A DNA stretch of 57,606 nucleotides from Eubacteriales bacterium (GCA_045597265.1 JAZODX010000210.1:1-57606); one strand, 5' to 3'; shown: positions 1 to 9,709, counted from the stretch's first letter. A program made the numbers and translations. Notes: generated from the letters alone by a model not told the origin.

Positions 1-75
1 AGCCTGACTGCCGGCATCGTTATCGATATCAGCTACGGTTTCATTGATCCTAGAATCAGAATGGGAGCAAAATGA
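1..75 (+). CDS. 3' end of ABC peptide-transporter permease (OppB/DppB-like), truncated by window edge
   Basis: Frame 1 reads ...SLTAGIVIDISYGFIDPRIRMGAK then TGA. This C-terminal ending is typical of OppB-type permeases. The OppC-like gene starts 1 nt downstream. Confidence 0.6.
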   Translation, partial: SLTAGIVIDISYGFIDPRIRMGAK

Positions 76-76
76 T

Positions 77-1648
77 ATGGATAATAATATAAATAACATC
101 CCCATAGAAAAATTTCAATTTGCGAAAAGAAACGATTTGTATCATGACAGCAAATTTGAAACCAAGCCCGTAAGCTATTTTCAAGGTGCCTTCCGCCGCT
201 TCAGCAAGAATAAGGGCGCGGTTGTCGGCGGCGTTGTAATTGCCGTTCTCGTGCTTTTTGCAATTCTCGCCCCCTTCTTCACTCCCTTCCAGCCGTCGTA
301 CTACGACATGGTGTACGCATACGTTACGCCGAAGAATAATTTCTTTGCCAATCACGATCTCGGATTCTGGGACGGATGCAGAAATAAGAACACCAACCAG
401 ATCGGCTATCTCAAGGACCTTGCGCTTGCTGCCGAAACGGGCAGAGAAGTCATTAAGGGCGACGTAGAGAAGGACGGCTCCAATTATTCTTACCGCTACG
501 ACACCTATTTCGGTGTAGGCTTCGGTAAGTATAAGATCATTTCTCCGGATGAGTTTAAGGACATCCAGAGATATCAGGATGAAACGGGCAGGCAGGTGCT
601 TTATCCTGTCGTCAAGTTCTCCGACAGACCTACGCTTGAGAAGAACAAGTACGACGCCAACATCTACTATAAAGTAGAAAACCCCAGTGTATCCATTCTT
701 CGCCCCAAGCTTGACAAAAACGGTGAGATTATTCCTAATTACTGGAAATACGAGGCAGGCGATGAAAATTCCCTGATCGCAGAGTATACCTCCCGCAGAA
801 TTGAAGGCGAGAACGGTATATCGGATGACGGCAAGCAGTACTTTTACGTTTACGGCCGAAAAGTAGACGGCGGTATTGAGGTCAGAGCTGAGTACTACGA
901 ATATTATATTTATCAGCATAACGTAGTGAAGAAAGACGGCATCAAGGAGCCGCTCTTCCTGTTCGGCACGACGCAGACGGGTAAGGATATCTTTGCCTGC
1001 CTTGCATACGGCGCAAGATTTTCGTTTATTTTCGCAACGATCGTTGCAATCGCAAACTTTATCGTCGGTGTGATCTGGGGCTCCATTTCGGGTTACTTCG
1101 GCGGTAAGATTGACCTGTTCATGGAAAGATTTTCCGAGATACTGGGATCCGTACCTTCCATGATCGTTATTACGCTTCTGAAATATCATATGGGCTCGTC
1201 CAGCCAGGCGCTCGTTTTGTTCATTGCATTCTTTGCAACGGGATGGATCGGCATGGCGGGAAGAACGCGTATGCAGTTCTACCGTTTCAAGAACCAGGAA
1301 TACGTTCTGGCGGCAAGAACGCTGGGCGCGAGAGACGCGAGAATCATGTTCAAGCATATTTTCCCGAACGGTCTCAGTACGAACGTAACCAGCTTTGCTC
1401 TGGTTATTCCTTCGATGATTTACTCGGAGACCAGCCTTTCTTACCTGGGAATCATCAATCTTGAAGCAGGAAACACGACCAGTGTCGGTACGCTTATCGC
1501 AGCGGGACAGCAGTCTATCATGGCAAACGCCGGATACGTGGCACTCTTCCCCTGTATGTTCTTAGTGCTTTTGATGCTCAGCTTCAACTTGTTCGGCAAC
1601 GGATTGCGCGATGCGTTTAATCCATCGCTCAGAGGAACGGAGGATTAA
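77..1648 (+). CDS. oppC: ABC oligopeptide/dipeptide transporter permease (OppC-like) with enlarged extracytoplasmic loop
   Basis: ATG at 77 (MDNNINN...) directly after the upstream stop. TM1 is GAVVGGVVIAVLVLFAILAPFF. Has the FGTTQTGKDIF (GTDxxGRD-like) OppC motif and a C-terminal ABC permease core ending LRDAFNPSLRG. Confidence 0.85.
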   Translation: MDNNINNIPIEKFQFAKRNDLYHDSKFETKPVSYFQGAFRRFSKNKGAVVGGVVIAVLVLFAILAPFFTPFQPSYYDMVYAYVTPKNNFFANHDLGFWDGCRNKNTNQIGYLKDLALAAETGREVIKGDVEKDGSNYSYRYDTYFGVGFGKYKIISPDEFKDIQRYQDETGRQVLYPVVKFSDRPTLEKNKYDANIYYKVENPSVSILRPKLDKNGEIIPNYWKYEAGDENSLIAEYTSRRIEGENGISDDGKQYFYVYGRKVDGGIEVRAEYYEYYIYQHNVVKKDGIKEPLFLFGTTQTGKDIFACLAYGARFSFIFATIVAIANFIVGVIWGSISGYFGGKIDLFMERFSEILGSVPSMIVITLLKYHMGSSSQALVLFIAFFATGWIGMAGRTRMQFYRFKNQEYVLAARTLGARDARIMFKHIFPNGLSTNVTSFALVIPSMIYSETSLSYLGIINLEAGNTTSVGTLIAAGQQSIMANAGYVALFPCMFLVLLMLSFNLFGNGLRDAFNPSLRGTED

Positions 1649-1650
1649 GC

Positions 1651-3873
1651 ATGAATAAAGAAATTAAATTATCGGTAAACGATCTTAAGGTTTCCTTCCG
1701 TACCGATGCCGGTAAGGTTCAGGCGGTACGCAATATTTCCTTCGACCTTTATAAGGGCGAGACGCTTGCCATCGTTGGAGAATCGGGCTCGGGAAAATCG
1801 GTTACCTCTAAGGCGATCATGGGTATTTCCGCGGTCAACGCGATTTACGAGGGCGGTGAAATCCTCTATGACGGCCAGGACCTCATGCGTATCCCCGAGG
1901 AGGAGATGCACAAGCTGCGCGGTGATAAGATTGCGATGATCTTCCAGGATCCGCTGTCCGCGCTCAACCCCATCATGCGCATAGGCCGCCAGATTACCGA
2001 GGCTATGCTGCTGAAAAATAAGGCAAACCGCAAGGAGGGGCGCGTAACCTTCAATAAGACCCTTGCGGAGCTGTCCGAGATGATGAAAAAGGCGCTTGCC
2101 GAGACGCCGAATGTCGGTGTTTCGACGTCGGATGTTGATCAGTATATCAAGACCTTTGACAACTTCAATATTCAGGCAATCAAGCTGGAGAACAGCTACA
2201 ATGCGGCACGTACTGCCGCCGAGGAAATGATCGCGCTCATCGAGGATCTGCTTTTTCTCACCGAGAAGAAGCAGAAGGTTGACGTGGTGTCCACGCTGAA
2301 GCTGATCAGACGCACCCTTCGGGATATTGACGATAAGTACTTTGCTTCCAAATATGCGGAGACGCTCAAGGAGCACACGGCAGCCTTTAAGGGAATTCTT
2401 CGTGCAGAGCGCAAAAAGGTATCCTTTGCCAAGAAGCTGGTACGCTCGGCTGCGTCCAAGCATGAGGCTTCTCCCGAGACCGTCGAGTTCCTTACGGCAC
2501 TCGAGAAGCTGGCAAAGGAGATGCTTGATCAGCCTCGATACAACTTCTTCCGAATCGGTTATTACGTTTATAAGCATCCCGATACCGATCTCAGCCAAAT
2601 GTCGGCTGACGAGGCGAATGAGATCGCCATAAAGTTCCTCAATGGGGATTTTATGGATTCCTTTATCGCGCTCATGAAGATTGCGGTGCAGTATTCCTTT
2701 GACAAGACTATGGAGAATAAGAAGGCTGCGATTGCGGCGCTTGAGAGCGCGATCGGTTTCTTCAGAGCGGGATCCTTTACCGCCCAAGAGGCGGACGCAG
2801 CCTGCAAGAGCGTCAACAAGAGCGTTCTCGCGGCAATTGATCCGCTTGCCGTTGTCAAGGATAACGTGGCCTACACCTTCGGCGGCGCACTCGAAAGAGA
2901 AGTCGAAAAGTACTTCTTCTACGTGAAAAACAACCCGAAGGAGGAGGCTCGCTTTGCGCGCCAGACCGCGCAGAGAGAGGCAATGCTGGCAAAGGGCAAG
3001 AAGGTCGACTGGAAGATCGTCCCCAAGTCGGTGGTTGAGCTTGACGTACAGATTGAGACGATCGTTTCGGTTCTCACCCGCGTCATGAACAAATTCAAGG
3101 CAGACGTTGCGCGTGCAGATGGCTTTGACGCTGATCAACGTTCTGTCGAAATTATCGATTATCTCAAGGAAAAGGCTTCGCAGGTCGTTTATACCCTGAC
3201 CAAGCGAATCGCCAAGGAAAAGGCGATCAAGCTCATGGAAGAGGTTGGTATTCCCGAGGCGAGAATGCGCTACAGACAGTATCCGTTTGAGTTCTCCGGC
3301 GGTATGCGTCAGCGTATCGTAATTGCGATCGCTCTGTCGGCTAACCCCGATATTCTGATTTGTGACGAGCCCACGACGGCACTTGACGTGACGATTCAGG
3401 CGCAGATTCTTGAGCTGATCAACCGACTCAAACGCGAGCACAACCTTTCGATTATCTTTATCACGCACGACCTCGGTGTCGTTGCCAATATGGCGGACAG
3501 AATTGCCGTTATGTATGCGGGTAAGATCGTCGAGTACGGCACGGCGGAGGAGGTTTTCTACGATCCCCAGCATCCCTATACCTGGGCTCTGCTTTCTTCC
3601 ATGCCTGATCTTGATACCAACGAGAAGCTGGATGCAATCCCCGGCACGCCGCCGAACATGATTTATCCCCCTGTCGGAGATGCGTTTGCCGAGAGAAATA
3701 AGTATGCCATGGAGATCGACTTTGAGATGCAGCCGCCCATGTATGAGGTTTCTCCCACGCACTATGCCGCAACGTGGCTGCTCCATCCCAGCGCACCCAA
3801 GGTGGAAATTCCCAAGATTATTACCGAGCGTATCCGTCGAATGAAGGAAAGAGGAGGCAACCATGGAGAATAA
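1651..3873 (+). CDS. oppD: ABC peptide transporter ATP-binding protein (OppD-like) with a ~385-aa insertion in the helical subdomain
   Basis: Walker A GESGSGKS, Q-loop MIFQDP, signature FSGGMRQR, Walker B ILICDEPTTALD, H-loop ITHDLG, and an Opp C-terminal extension (PQHPYTWALL). RBS GGAGGA upstream. Confidence 0.85.
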   Translation: MNKEIKLSVNDLKVSFRTDAGKVQAVRNISFDLYKGETLAIVGESGSGKSVTSKAIMGISAVNAIYEGGEILYDGQDLMRIPEEEMHKLRGDKIAMIFQDPLSALNPIMRIGRQITEAMLLKNKANRKEGRVTFNKTLAELSEMMKKALAETPNVGVSTSDVDQYIKTFDNFNIQAIKLENSYNAARTAAEEMIALIEDLLFLTEKKQKVDVVSTLKLIRRTLRDIDDKYFASKYAETLKEHTAAFKGILRAERKKVSFAKKLVRSAASKHEASPETVEFLTALEKLAKEMLDQPRYNFFRIGYYVYKHPDTDLSQMSADEANEIAIKFLNGDFMDSFIALMKIAVQYSFDKTMENKKAAIAALESAIGFFRAGSFTAQEADAACKSVNKSVLAAIDPLAVVKDNVAYTFGGALEREVEKYFFYVKNNPKEEARFARQTAQREAMLAKGKKVDWKIVPKSVVELDVQIETIVSVLTRVMNKFKADVARADGFDADQRSVEIIDYLKEKASQVVYTLTKRIAKEKAIKLMEEVGIPEARMRYRQYPFEFSGGMRQRIVIAIALSANPDILICDEPTTALDVTIQAQILELINRLKREHNLSIIFITHDLGVVANMADRIAVMYAGKIVEYGTAEEVFYDPQHPYTWALLSSMPDLDTNEKLDAIPGTPPNMIYPPVGDAFAERNKYAMEIDFEMQPPMYEVSPTHYAATWLLHPSAPKVEIPKIITERIRRMKERGGNHGE

Positions 3874-5122
3874 TTCCGAAGTATTATTGAAAGTGGACCA
3901 CCTTTGTCAGTATTTCCGTTTGGGACGCAAGGACCTTAAGGCTGTCGATGACGTCAGCTTTGAGGTGAGAAAGGGTGAATCCTTCGGTCTTGTTGGCGAG
4001 TCGGGCTGCGGAAAGACGACAACCGGCCGTTCTATCATCAAGCTGTATAACATTACCTCGGGTAACGTTTACTTTAAAGGGCAGAGAATCGGCGCCGGAA
4101 CGCGCTCCTATAAGGACGCGATTGCCGCTGCCCGTGCCGATGCCGCCGCGAAGATCAAGCTTCTCCGCGCCGAAAAGACCGCAGATCCTGCAAGAAAGGC
4201 CGAGATCAAGGAAGAAATTGCGAAGATCAATGCAGAGCTTGCTGCCCTCGTCGAGAAGAACCGGGCACTCATCAAGGATGCAAGGTCTGACGGTAAGGAA
4301 GTTGACCGGCAATACGTTGCTTCGCAGCTGGAGTCCCTGAAGGCAGAGTATGACGAAAAGTTCCGTGCGGCCGGAGGCGATGACAAGCAGCTCAAGGCGC
4401 TGCAGCGTGAATTCAAAAACCGTTGCCGTGTCGCAAAAAAGAGCAAGCTCATTACTCGGATCCAGATGATTTTCCAGGACCCGATTGCTTCTCTTGACCC
4501 CCGTATGACCGTACGGGATATTATCGCTGAGGGGCTTGTGATCAACGGCATCACCGATAAGGATTATATCAACGAGAAGGTTTACGAGATTCTTGAGATG
4601 GTGGGACTGGTGCGTGAGCACGCAGATCGTTATCCGCATGAGTTTTCGGGCGGTCAGCGCCAGCGTATCGGTATCGCGAGAGCGGTAATTATGCAGCCCG
4701 AGATGATCATCGCAGACGAGCCTATCTCTGCACTTGACGTATCGATTCAGGCACAGGTAATCAACCTGCTCAATGATCTCAGAGAGCGCCTGGGGCTTAC
4801 GATTATGTTTATCGCACACGATTTGTCGGTTGTAAAATACTTCTCCGACCGAATCGGCGTTATGTACTTTGGAAAGTTGGTTGAGCTTGCCGATTCGGAC
4901 GAGCTCTTCAAGAATCCCCTGCATCCGTATACGAGGTCGCTTCTTTCGGCAATCCCGTTGCCTGACCCCATCTATGAGAAGCAGCGCACGAGAATTCATT
5001 ACAATCCTCTGGCGGAGCACGACTATTCGGTAAATTCCCCCTCCTTCCGTGAGATTACCCCCGGACATTTCGTATATTGCAATGACGCTGAAGAGGAAAA
5101 ATACAAGCAGCAGGTCAAGTAA
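3863..5122 (+). CDS. oppF: ABC peptide transporter ATP-binding protein (OppF-like) with a ~110-aa charged helical insertion
   Basis: Walker [11 protein letters not shown]-loop MIFQDP, signature FSGGQRQR, Walker [13 protein letters not shown]-loop [13 protein letters not shown] tail. Start overlaps the oppD stop. Confidence 0.85.
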   Translation: MENNSEVLLKVDHLCQYFRLGRKDLKAVDDVSFEVRKGESFGLVGESGCGKTTTGRSIIKLYNITSGNVYFKGQRIGAGTRSYKDAIAAARADAAAKIKLLRAEKTADPARKAEIKEEIAKINAELAALVEKNRALIKDARSDGKEVDRQYVASQLESLKAEYDEKFRAAGGDDKQLKALQREFKNRCRVAKKSKLITRIQMIFQDPIASLDPRMTVRDIIAEGLVINGITDKDYINEKVYEILEMVGLVREHADRYPHEFSGGQRQRIGIARAVIMQPEMIIADEPISALDVSIQAQVINLLNDLRERLGLTIMFIAHDLSVVKYFSDRIGVMYFGKLVELADSDELFKNPLHPYTRSLLSAIPLPDPIYEKQRTRIHYNPLAEHDYSVNSPSFREITPGHFVYCNDAEEEKYKQQVK

Positions 5123-5144
5123 TAGGATGGATGGTTAAAGGAAA

Positions 5145-5564
5145 GTGAAACAGGAAACAAAAGCAACGATAATCAAATATGCGATTTGTTTTGGCGTTGA
5201 AGCACTGATTGCATTTCTTGTCATCTGGTCGAAGGGATTTTTCGCGCACAGCACGGCGGTCAATATTCAGATCCTGTCAGATGCGTTCTTCGTCGCGGGC
5301 GTATTGATGTCGCTTTTTGCCGGCATGCTGTACGTCAGTGGTGAGGGCGCGCTGATCGGTATCGGATTCGTTCTTCGAAACGTCGTGCTCTCCTTTCTCC
5401 CGATGGGCAGAGCAAAGCACGAGCGATATGCCGATTACCGCGAGCGTAAGCTCAGCGAGAACAAAAAGCAGAGTGATCACTGTATTCTCGTAACGGGACT
5501 GGTCTTCCTTGCCATCGGAATCGTCTTTACGGTTATCTGGTACGTAAAATATTATCAGGTATAA
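5145..5564 (+). CDS. small multi-pass membrane protein (DUF3899-like)
   Basis: GTG start. Four hydrophobic segments separated by a charged KHERYADYRERKLSENKK loop. Followed by a terminator. Confidence 0.5.
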   Translation: MKQETKATIIKYAICFGVEALIAFLVIWSKGFFAHSTAVNIQILSDAFFVAGVLMSLFAGMLYVSGEGALIGIGFVLRNVVLSFLPMGRAKHERYADYRERKLSENKKQSDHCILVTGLVFLAIGIVFTVIWYVKYYQV

Positions 5565-5570
5565 GAGTTT

Positions 5571-5612
5571 GGGGGTGTCGCGCAAATCAGCGCGGCACCC
5601 CCGTTTCTTTTT
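5571..5612 (+). terminator. rho-independent terminator
   Basis: Stem GGGGGTGTCGCGC / GCGCGGCACCCCC followed by GTTTCTTTTT. Confidence 0.6.
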
Positions 5613-5623
5613 GCTCGTATACG

Positions 5624-5666
5624 AAAAGATCACAGAACTCGGAATAGAGTTCTGTGATCTTTTTTT
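5624..5666. terminator. bidirectional hairpin terminator downstream of pfkA
   Basis: 13-bp perfect stem GATCACAGAACTC / GAGTTCTGTGATC, flanked by an A-run on one side and a T-run on the other. Confidence 0.6.
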
Positions 5667-5674
5667 CGGTTGAC

Positions 5675-6736
5675 TCAAGCCAACTCGTATGCAATCTGAT
5701 ACAGGCGCTTGATCTCGGACGAACGCTCGGCACACAGATCCTTCATCGACTGGATCTGCTCGGGCGTGAAGGCATCGAGATCGCCTTCCTTGAGCTTGTT
5801 TTTGTACATACGGTCGAGGATCAGCGCATAATTGATCTCAACGTCGACCAGCTGGCCCTTACGCTCAACGACGACGAGGTCACTCTTGCCCTCGAGCAGA
5901 AGCTCGGTTGCATAGGAGCCGACCTCGGCCGCAAAGAGGCGGTCGCGAAGGGTAGGTCTGCCGCCGCGCACAACGTGGGCGAGACGGGCGAATTTGGTTT
6001 CGATCTTGGTTTCGGCTTCGATCTTCTTGGCGAGCTCTTCCGAATAGGTGCCGAGTCCCTCGCTGACCATAACCAGGAAATTGCGCTTGCCCATGCCGCG
6101 GAGCATCCGCATTTTTTCGATTGCGGCTGCCTCGTCAAAGGGCATTTCGGGGATCGCAACCGCAACTGCGCCGGTGGCAATGGCCGTGTGCAGTGCAATT
6201 TCGCCGCAGTTTCTGCCCATGACTTCGATGACGTTGCAGCGTGCGTGAGATTCGCAGGTGTCGCGCAGACGGTCAACCATCTCGCAGACGGTATTCATTG
6301 CCGTATCAAAGCCGAGCGTGTAGTCGCTGGCGGTAATATCATTATCGATTGAGCCGGTCAGACCAATGGTGGGGACACCGCGTCTGGAGAGCTCGGTTGC
6401 GCCGCGGAAGGTGCCATCACCGCCGATGGCGATGATACCGTCGATTTCATTTTCGCGGCAGGTGGCAAGGGCTTTCTGCATACCCTCCTCGGTCTGGAAT
6501 TCCAGGCAGCGGTTCGAATACAGGAAGGTGCCGCCGAGATTGACGATGCCCGACACGTCGCGCGTGCCGAGGGGACGGATTTTATTTTCAAGCAGGCCGC
6601 TGTAGCCGCCCAGAATGCCGACGACTTCGATGCCGCGGGCAATTGCGGTACGGGTGACTGAGCGCACGCAGGCGTTCATACCGGGGGCGTCTCCACCCGA
6701 CGTCAGGATACCGATTTTACGGAATTTTGTGTTCAT
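5675..6736 (-). CDS. pfkA: ATP-dependent 6-phosphofructokinase
   Basis: MNTKFRKIGILTSGGDAPGMNA, GGDGT and MGR motifs. GGAGG lies 8 nt upstream of the ATG at 6736. Confidence 0.9.
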   Translation of the reverse strand: MNTKFRKIGILTSGGDAPGMNACVRSVTRTAIARGIEVVGILGGYSGLLENKIRPLGTRDVSGIVNLGGTFLYSNRCLEFQTEEGMQKALATCRENEIDGIIAIGGDGTFRGATELSRRGVPTIGLTGSIDNDITASDYTLGFDTAMNTVCEMVDRLRDTCESHARCNVIEVMGRNCGEIALHTAIATGAVAVAIPEMPFDEAAAIEKMRMLRGMGKRNFLVMVSEGLGTYSEELAKKIEAETKIETKFARLAHVVRGGRPTLRDRLFAAEVGSYATELLLEGKSDLVVVERKGQLVDVEINYALILDRMYKNKLKEGDLDAFTPEQIQSMKDLCAERSSEIKRLYQIAYELA

Positions 6737-6808
6737 CGTTGCAGTCCTCCAACTTTCCAATCTTCAAATCTCCGATTGTTTTTTCCTTTTGTAAACACTT
6801 GAGATTTC

Positions 6809-6837
6809 ATTATAATATAGTTTGCAAAAAAAATCAA
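6809..6837 (-). promoter_or_regulatory. sigma-A type promoter for pfkA
   Basis: Minus strand reads TTGATT, 17 nt, TATAAT. Confidence 0.5.
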
Positions 6838-6969
6838 GAGGTTATTCGAAAAATACGGATTTTTTTCGACAGAAGGGAAAATATGCAGAAAAAACAGGGC
6901 GGATTTCGTCAAACGAAACGGAATTAGGCCAAACGGAAATTTCACGTGCACGTGGAAAGATACGGAAAA

Positions 6970-7005
6970 TTTTGAGGACTGATGCCGGAGCATCAGTCCT
7001 CAAAA
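6970..7005 (-). terminator. hairpin terminator downstream of cinA
   Basis: Stem GAGGACTGATGC / GCATCAGTCCTC extended by A/T pairs. T-rich tract follows on the minus strand. Confidence 0.5.
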
Positions 7006-7037
7006 ACAGCCTATGCGGCGGGATATGACAGGGTTCG

Positions 7038-8291
7038 TCATCCGCGGATTGTTCGCAGTACGCGGTAGAGCGCGTGGCTTGCGGCACAGGTGCGGATATA
7101 GGCGCGGTCGGCAAGCGGGTCAAGCGAGAGCAGATGGGTTTGCTCTCCCTCGGAGGTAGAGATTCCGAGCCAAACGGTTCCGACAGGTTTTTCCGGTGTT
7201 CCTCCCCCCGGGCCGGCAATGCCGGTCGTACTGACGCCAATATCTGCTCCGGTTGCCAGACGCACGCCGCGTGCCATCTGTGCTGCTACCTCGGCGCTTA
7301 CTGCGCCGAGGTGGGCAAGCGTTTCGTGCGATACGCCAAGCAGCCCTTCTTTTACCTCGTTTGCATAGGATACGACGCTGCCGAGAAAGACGGCAGACGC
7401 GCCGGGGACGTCGGTGATGCGCTTGGCAATCAGCCCGCCCGTGCAGGATTCGGCACTTGCCAGCGTCAGGGCGCGCTCGGCCATCAGCGGAATCAGAGCG
7501 CCTTCAATCGAGCCTGCGTCAACGCCATAAATATAGGGTGCAATGGTCGTTCCGCGCAGATAAGCTTCCTCGGTATCGCACAGGGCGCAAGCTTCGGCCT
7601 CGCTCCCCGCCTTGGCCGTTATGCGCAGTCTGACCTCGCCGTCCGCGCAATAGGGAGCAAGCGTGGGATTGAGAGAAGATTCCATGTGTTCGCGCAGGAT
7701 TTCTTCAAGTGCAGATTCGCCGATGCCGAAAAGGTGCAGATTTCGGCTGAACAGAACGGCGTTCTGCCGTTCGGCGAGGAAGGGGCGAGCCGATTCTGCA
7801 AACATCGGGATCAGCTCGCGCGGCGGACCGGGTAGAAGAATGAGCGTTCCGCGCCCTTCTTCTTCGAGCGCAAGACCGGGGGCCGTTCCGTGTCGGTTGG
7901 TAAAGACGTGCGCGCCCTCGGGCATCATGGCCTGCTTGATATTATTATCGGTCATCTCCCGCCCGCGGCGGGCAAAAAATGTACGGATTTCGGCAAGAGA
8001 GGCTTCGTCGAGGACAAGGGGACGGTTAAAGCAGGCGGCCGCCGTCTCCCGCGTGATATCGTCACAGGTCGGCCCGAGGCCTCCGCTGGTAATCAGGAGA
8101 TCGGCGCGGCTCAGGGCTCTCTCCATCGCCTCGCGCAGTCGGGCGGGATTGTCGCCCACCACCGTCTGGTGATAGACCGAGATGCCGAGCGCTGCCAGCT
8201 CCCTTGCCAGGTACGCGGCATTGGTATTGACGATATCACCCAGCAGAAGCTCGGTGCCGATACAAAGTATTTCTGCGGTTTTGATCTGCAT
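7038..8291 (-). CDS. cinA: competence/damage-inducible protein CinA (MoCF-binding domain plus NMN deamidase domain)
   Basis: N-terminus MQIKTAEILCIGTELLLGDIVNTNAAYLA. C-terminal PncC-like AESCTGGL motif. GGAGGA RBS. Confidence 0.85.
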   Translation of the reverse strand: MQIKTAEILCIGTELLLGDIVNTNAAYLARELAALGISVYHQTVVGDNPARLREAMERALSRADLLITSGGLGPTCDDITRETAAACFNRPLVLDEASLAEIRTFFARRGREMTDNNIKQAMMPEGAHVFTNRHGTAPGLALEEEGRGTLILLPGPPRELIPMFAESARPFLAERQNAVLFSRNLHLFGIGESALEEILREHMESSLNPTLAPYCADGEVRLRITAKAGSEAEACALCDTEEAYLRGTTIAPYIYGVDAGSIEGALIPLMAERALTLASAESCTGGLIAKRITDVPGASAVFLGSVVSYANEVKEGLLGVSHETLAHLGAVSAEVAAQMARGVRLATGADIGVSTTGIAGPGGGTPEKPVGTVWLGISTSEGEQTHLLSLDPLADRAYIRTCAASHALYRVLRTIRG

Positions 8292-8327
8292 AGGAAATCC
8301 TCCGGAAATTTGATTTTCGCAGCGGGA

Positions 8328-8362
8328 TAAAGACCGCCGAATCCACGGGGGCTTCGGCGGTC
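8328..8362 (-). terminator. hairpin terminator downstream of the mscS-family gene
   Basis: Stem GACCGCCGAA / TTCGGCGGTC followed on the minus strand by TTTAT. Confidence 0.4.
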
Positions 8363-8374
8363 GGAGAGATGAAA

Positions 8375-9187
8375 TCAGGCGTCCTTACCGGTGAGGTGAA
8401 CGTCGAGCTGGGGGAAGGGAATTTCGATGCCTTCTGCCAGCAAGCGGTTATGCACCGCGAGGAGCAGATCGTGGTAAACATCCCAATACGCAGCCGATTC
8501 GACCCAGACGCGAAGAGTAAAGGCAAGGGAGGAGTCGTTTTGCGCCGTCAAGCGGGCAAAGGGAGCGGGCGTCTGCATCACACGGGTGTCTGCCGCCGCG
8601 TGCTCGAGAAGGATTGCCGTGACGCGATCGGGATCGGTGCCGTAGGCAACCGAGAAGGTCAGGTCGACGCGGCGCATTTCTTCGGAGGAGTAATCGACGA
8701 TGGTGGAGCCCATCAGTGCGCCGTTGGGAATCAGCACGCGCTTATTGTCACCGGTGTTGAGCACGGTATAGAAGATATTGATTTCCTTAACCGTTCCCGA
8801 TTGACCGGCGGCCTCGATGAAGTGGCCGATTTTGAAGGGCTTGAGGAAGACGAGCATGATTCCGCCCGCCAGGTTAGAGAGAGAGCCCTGAAGAGCCAGA
8901 CCGATGGCGGCACCTGCCGTTGCAAGAACGGTGATGATGGAGGCGATCTCAATGCCGAGAATTGGGACGATTGCCACGGCGAGAACAACGTAAAGTGCAA
9001 TCTTGATGAAGCTGCTGAGGAAGCTGCGCATTTCGGTATCGACACGGGCATATGCCTTCGATTTTTCGATGGTGCGGAGCAGAAGCTTGATGAGCAGCAT
9101 ACCGACGGCGAAAACGATCAGCGCAAAGAGGAGCTTCGTGCCGACGTTAATCACGACGCCGAGGATGGTAGAGAAAATTGCGGGCAT
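8375..9187 (-). CDS. mechanosensitive ion channel family protein (MscS-type)
   Basis: Three N-terminal TM helices followed by GTVKEINIFYTVLNTGDNKRVLIPNGALM, a beta-domain typical of MscS. Start chosen at MPAIFST, which has a GAAGGAAAA RBS. Confidence 0.8.
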   Translation of the reverse strand: MPAIFSTILGVVINVGTKLLFALIVFAVGMLLIKLLLRTIEKSKAYARVDTEMRSFLSSFIKIALYVVLAVAIVPILGIEIASIITVLATAGAAIGLALQGSLSNLAGGIMLVFLKPFKIGHFIEAAGQSGTVKEINIFYTVLNTGDNKRVLIPNGALMGSTIVDYSSEEMRRVDLTFSVAYGTDPDRVTAILLEHAAADTRVMQTPAPFARLTAQNDSSLAFTLRVWVESAAYWDVYHDLLLAVHNRLLAEGIEIPFPQLDVHLTGKDA

Positions 9188-9271
9188 AACGGTTTTCCTT
9201 CTTTCCTTTAGAATCTTTAGTTCTCTCAGTATACCACAAAATTCCAATGATTGCAAGCCGTTCTTCGCTTT

Positions 9272-9688
9272 TTATTCGATGAAGGTGTCCTTCATCAGAT
9301 CGCCCAGTGAAACGCCGTTGAAATATTCATTGATGACCCGCTCCAGATTCGTCCAAAGGGAATGCGTTCTGCATTGCTCGATGCGCGAGCAGGGGGAAGC
9401 ATTGCAGGAGAGGCAGGCAACGGGGGCAAGGTCTCCCTCGGTCAGCCGCAGAATATCCCCAACGCGGTATTCCTTGGGCGCGCGGGTAAGGCGGTAGCCC
9501 CCGCCCTTGCCGTGCACGCCTTCAATGAGGTTGTTTTGCGTGAGAATGGGCAGAATACGCTCCAGATATTTAAGCGATATCTCCTGACGTGCGGCAACGT
9601 CCTTCATGGGAATATATCCCTCGGTTTGATTTTCCGCAAGGTCAATCATGACTCGCAGGGCGTAGCGCCCTCTGGTTGAAATCAGCAT
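9272..9688 (-). CDS. Rrf2 family transcriptional regulator (IscR/CymR-like, with Cys ligands)
   Basis: MLISTRGRYALRVMIDLA wHTH domain. Cys cluster CLSCNASPCSRIEQC. AAGGAGA RBS. Confidence 0.85.
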   Translation of the reverse strand: MLISTRGRYALRVMIDLAENQTEGYIPMKDVAARQEISLKYLERILPILTQNNLIEGVHGKGGGYRLTRAPKEYRVGDILRLTEGDLAPVACLSCNASPCSRIEQCRTHSLWTNLERVINEYFNGVSLGDLMKDTFIE

Positions 9689-9709
9689 ATCGTTCTCCTT
9701 CGGAAAAGT

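Noticed and set aside
1669-3864. Very long antisense ORFs opposite real genes. Examples: 56-1357(-), 1669-3864(-), 3884-5068(-), 11654-12853(+), 19597-20844(+), 24701-25864(-), 26409-27587(-), 27724-28824(-), 29321-30640(-), 45632-46984(-), 46988-48457(-) and 50147-51433(-).
   Set aside because: Each lies opposite a gene with unmistakable family motifs (ABC ATPases, AdhE, HydS and others). They have Arg/Gly/Leu-rich low-information sequences with no RBS or motifs. Such shadow ORFs are expected in GC-rich coding DNA.
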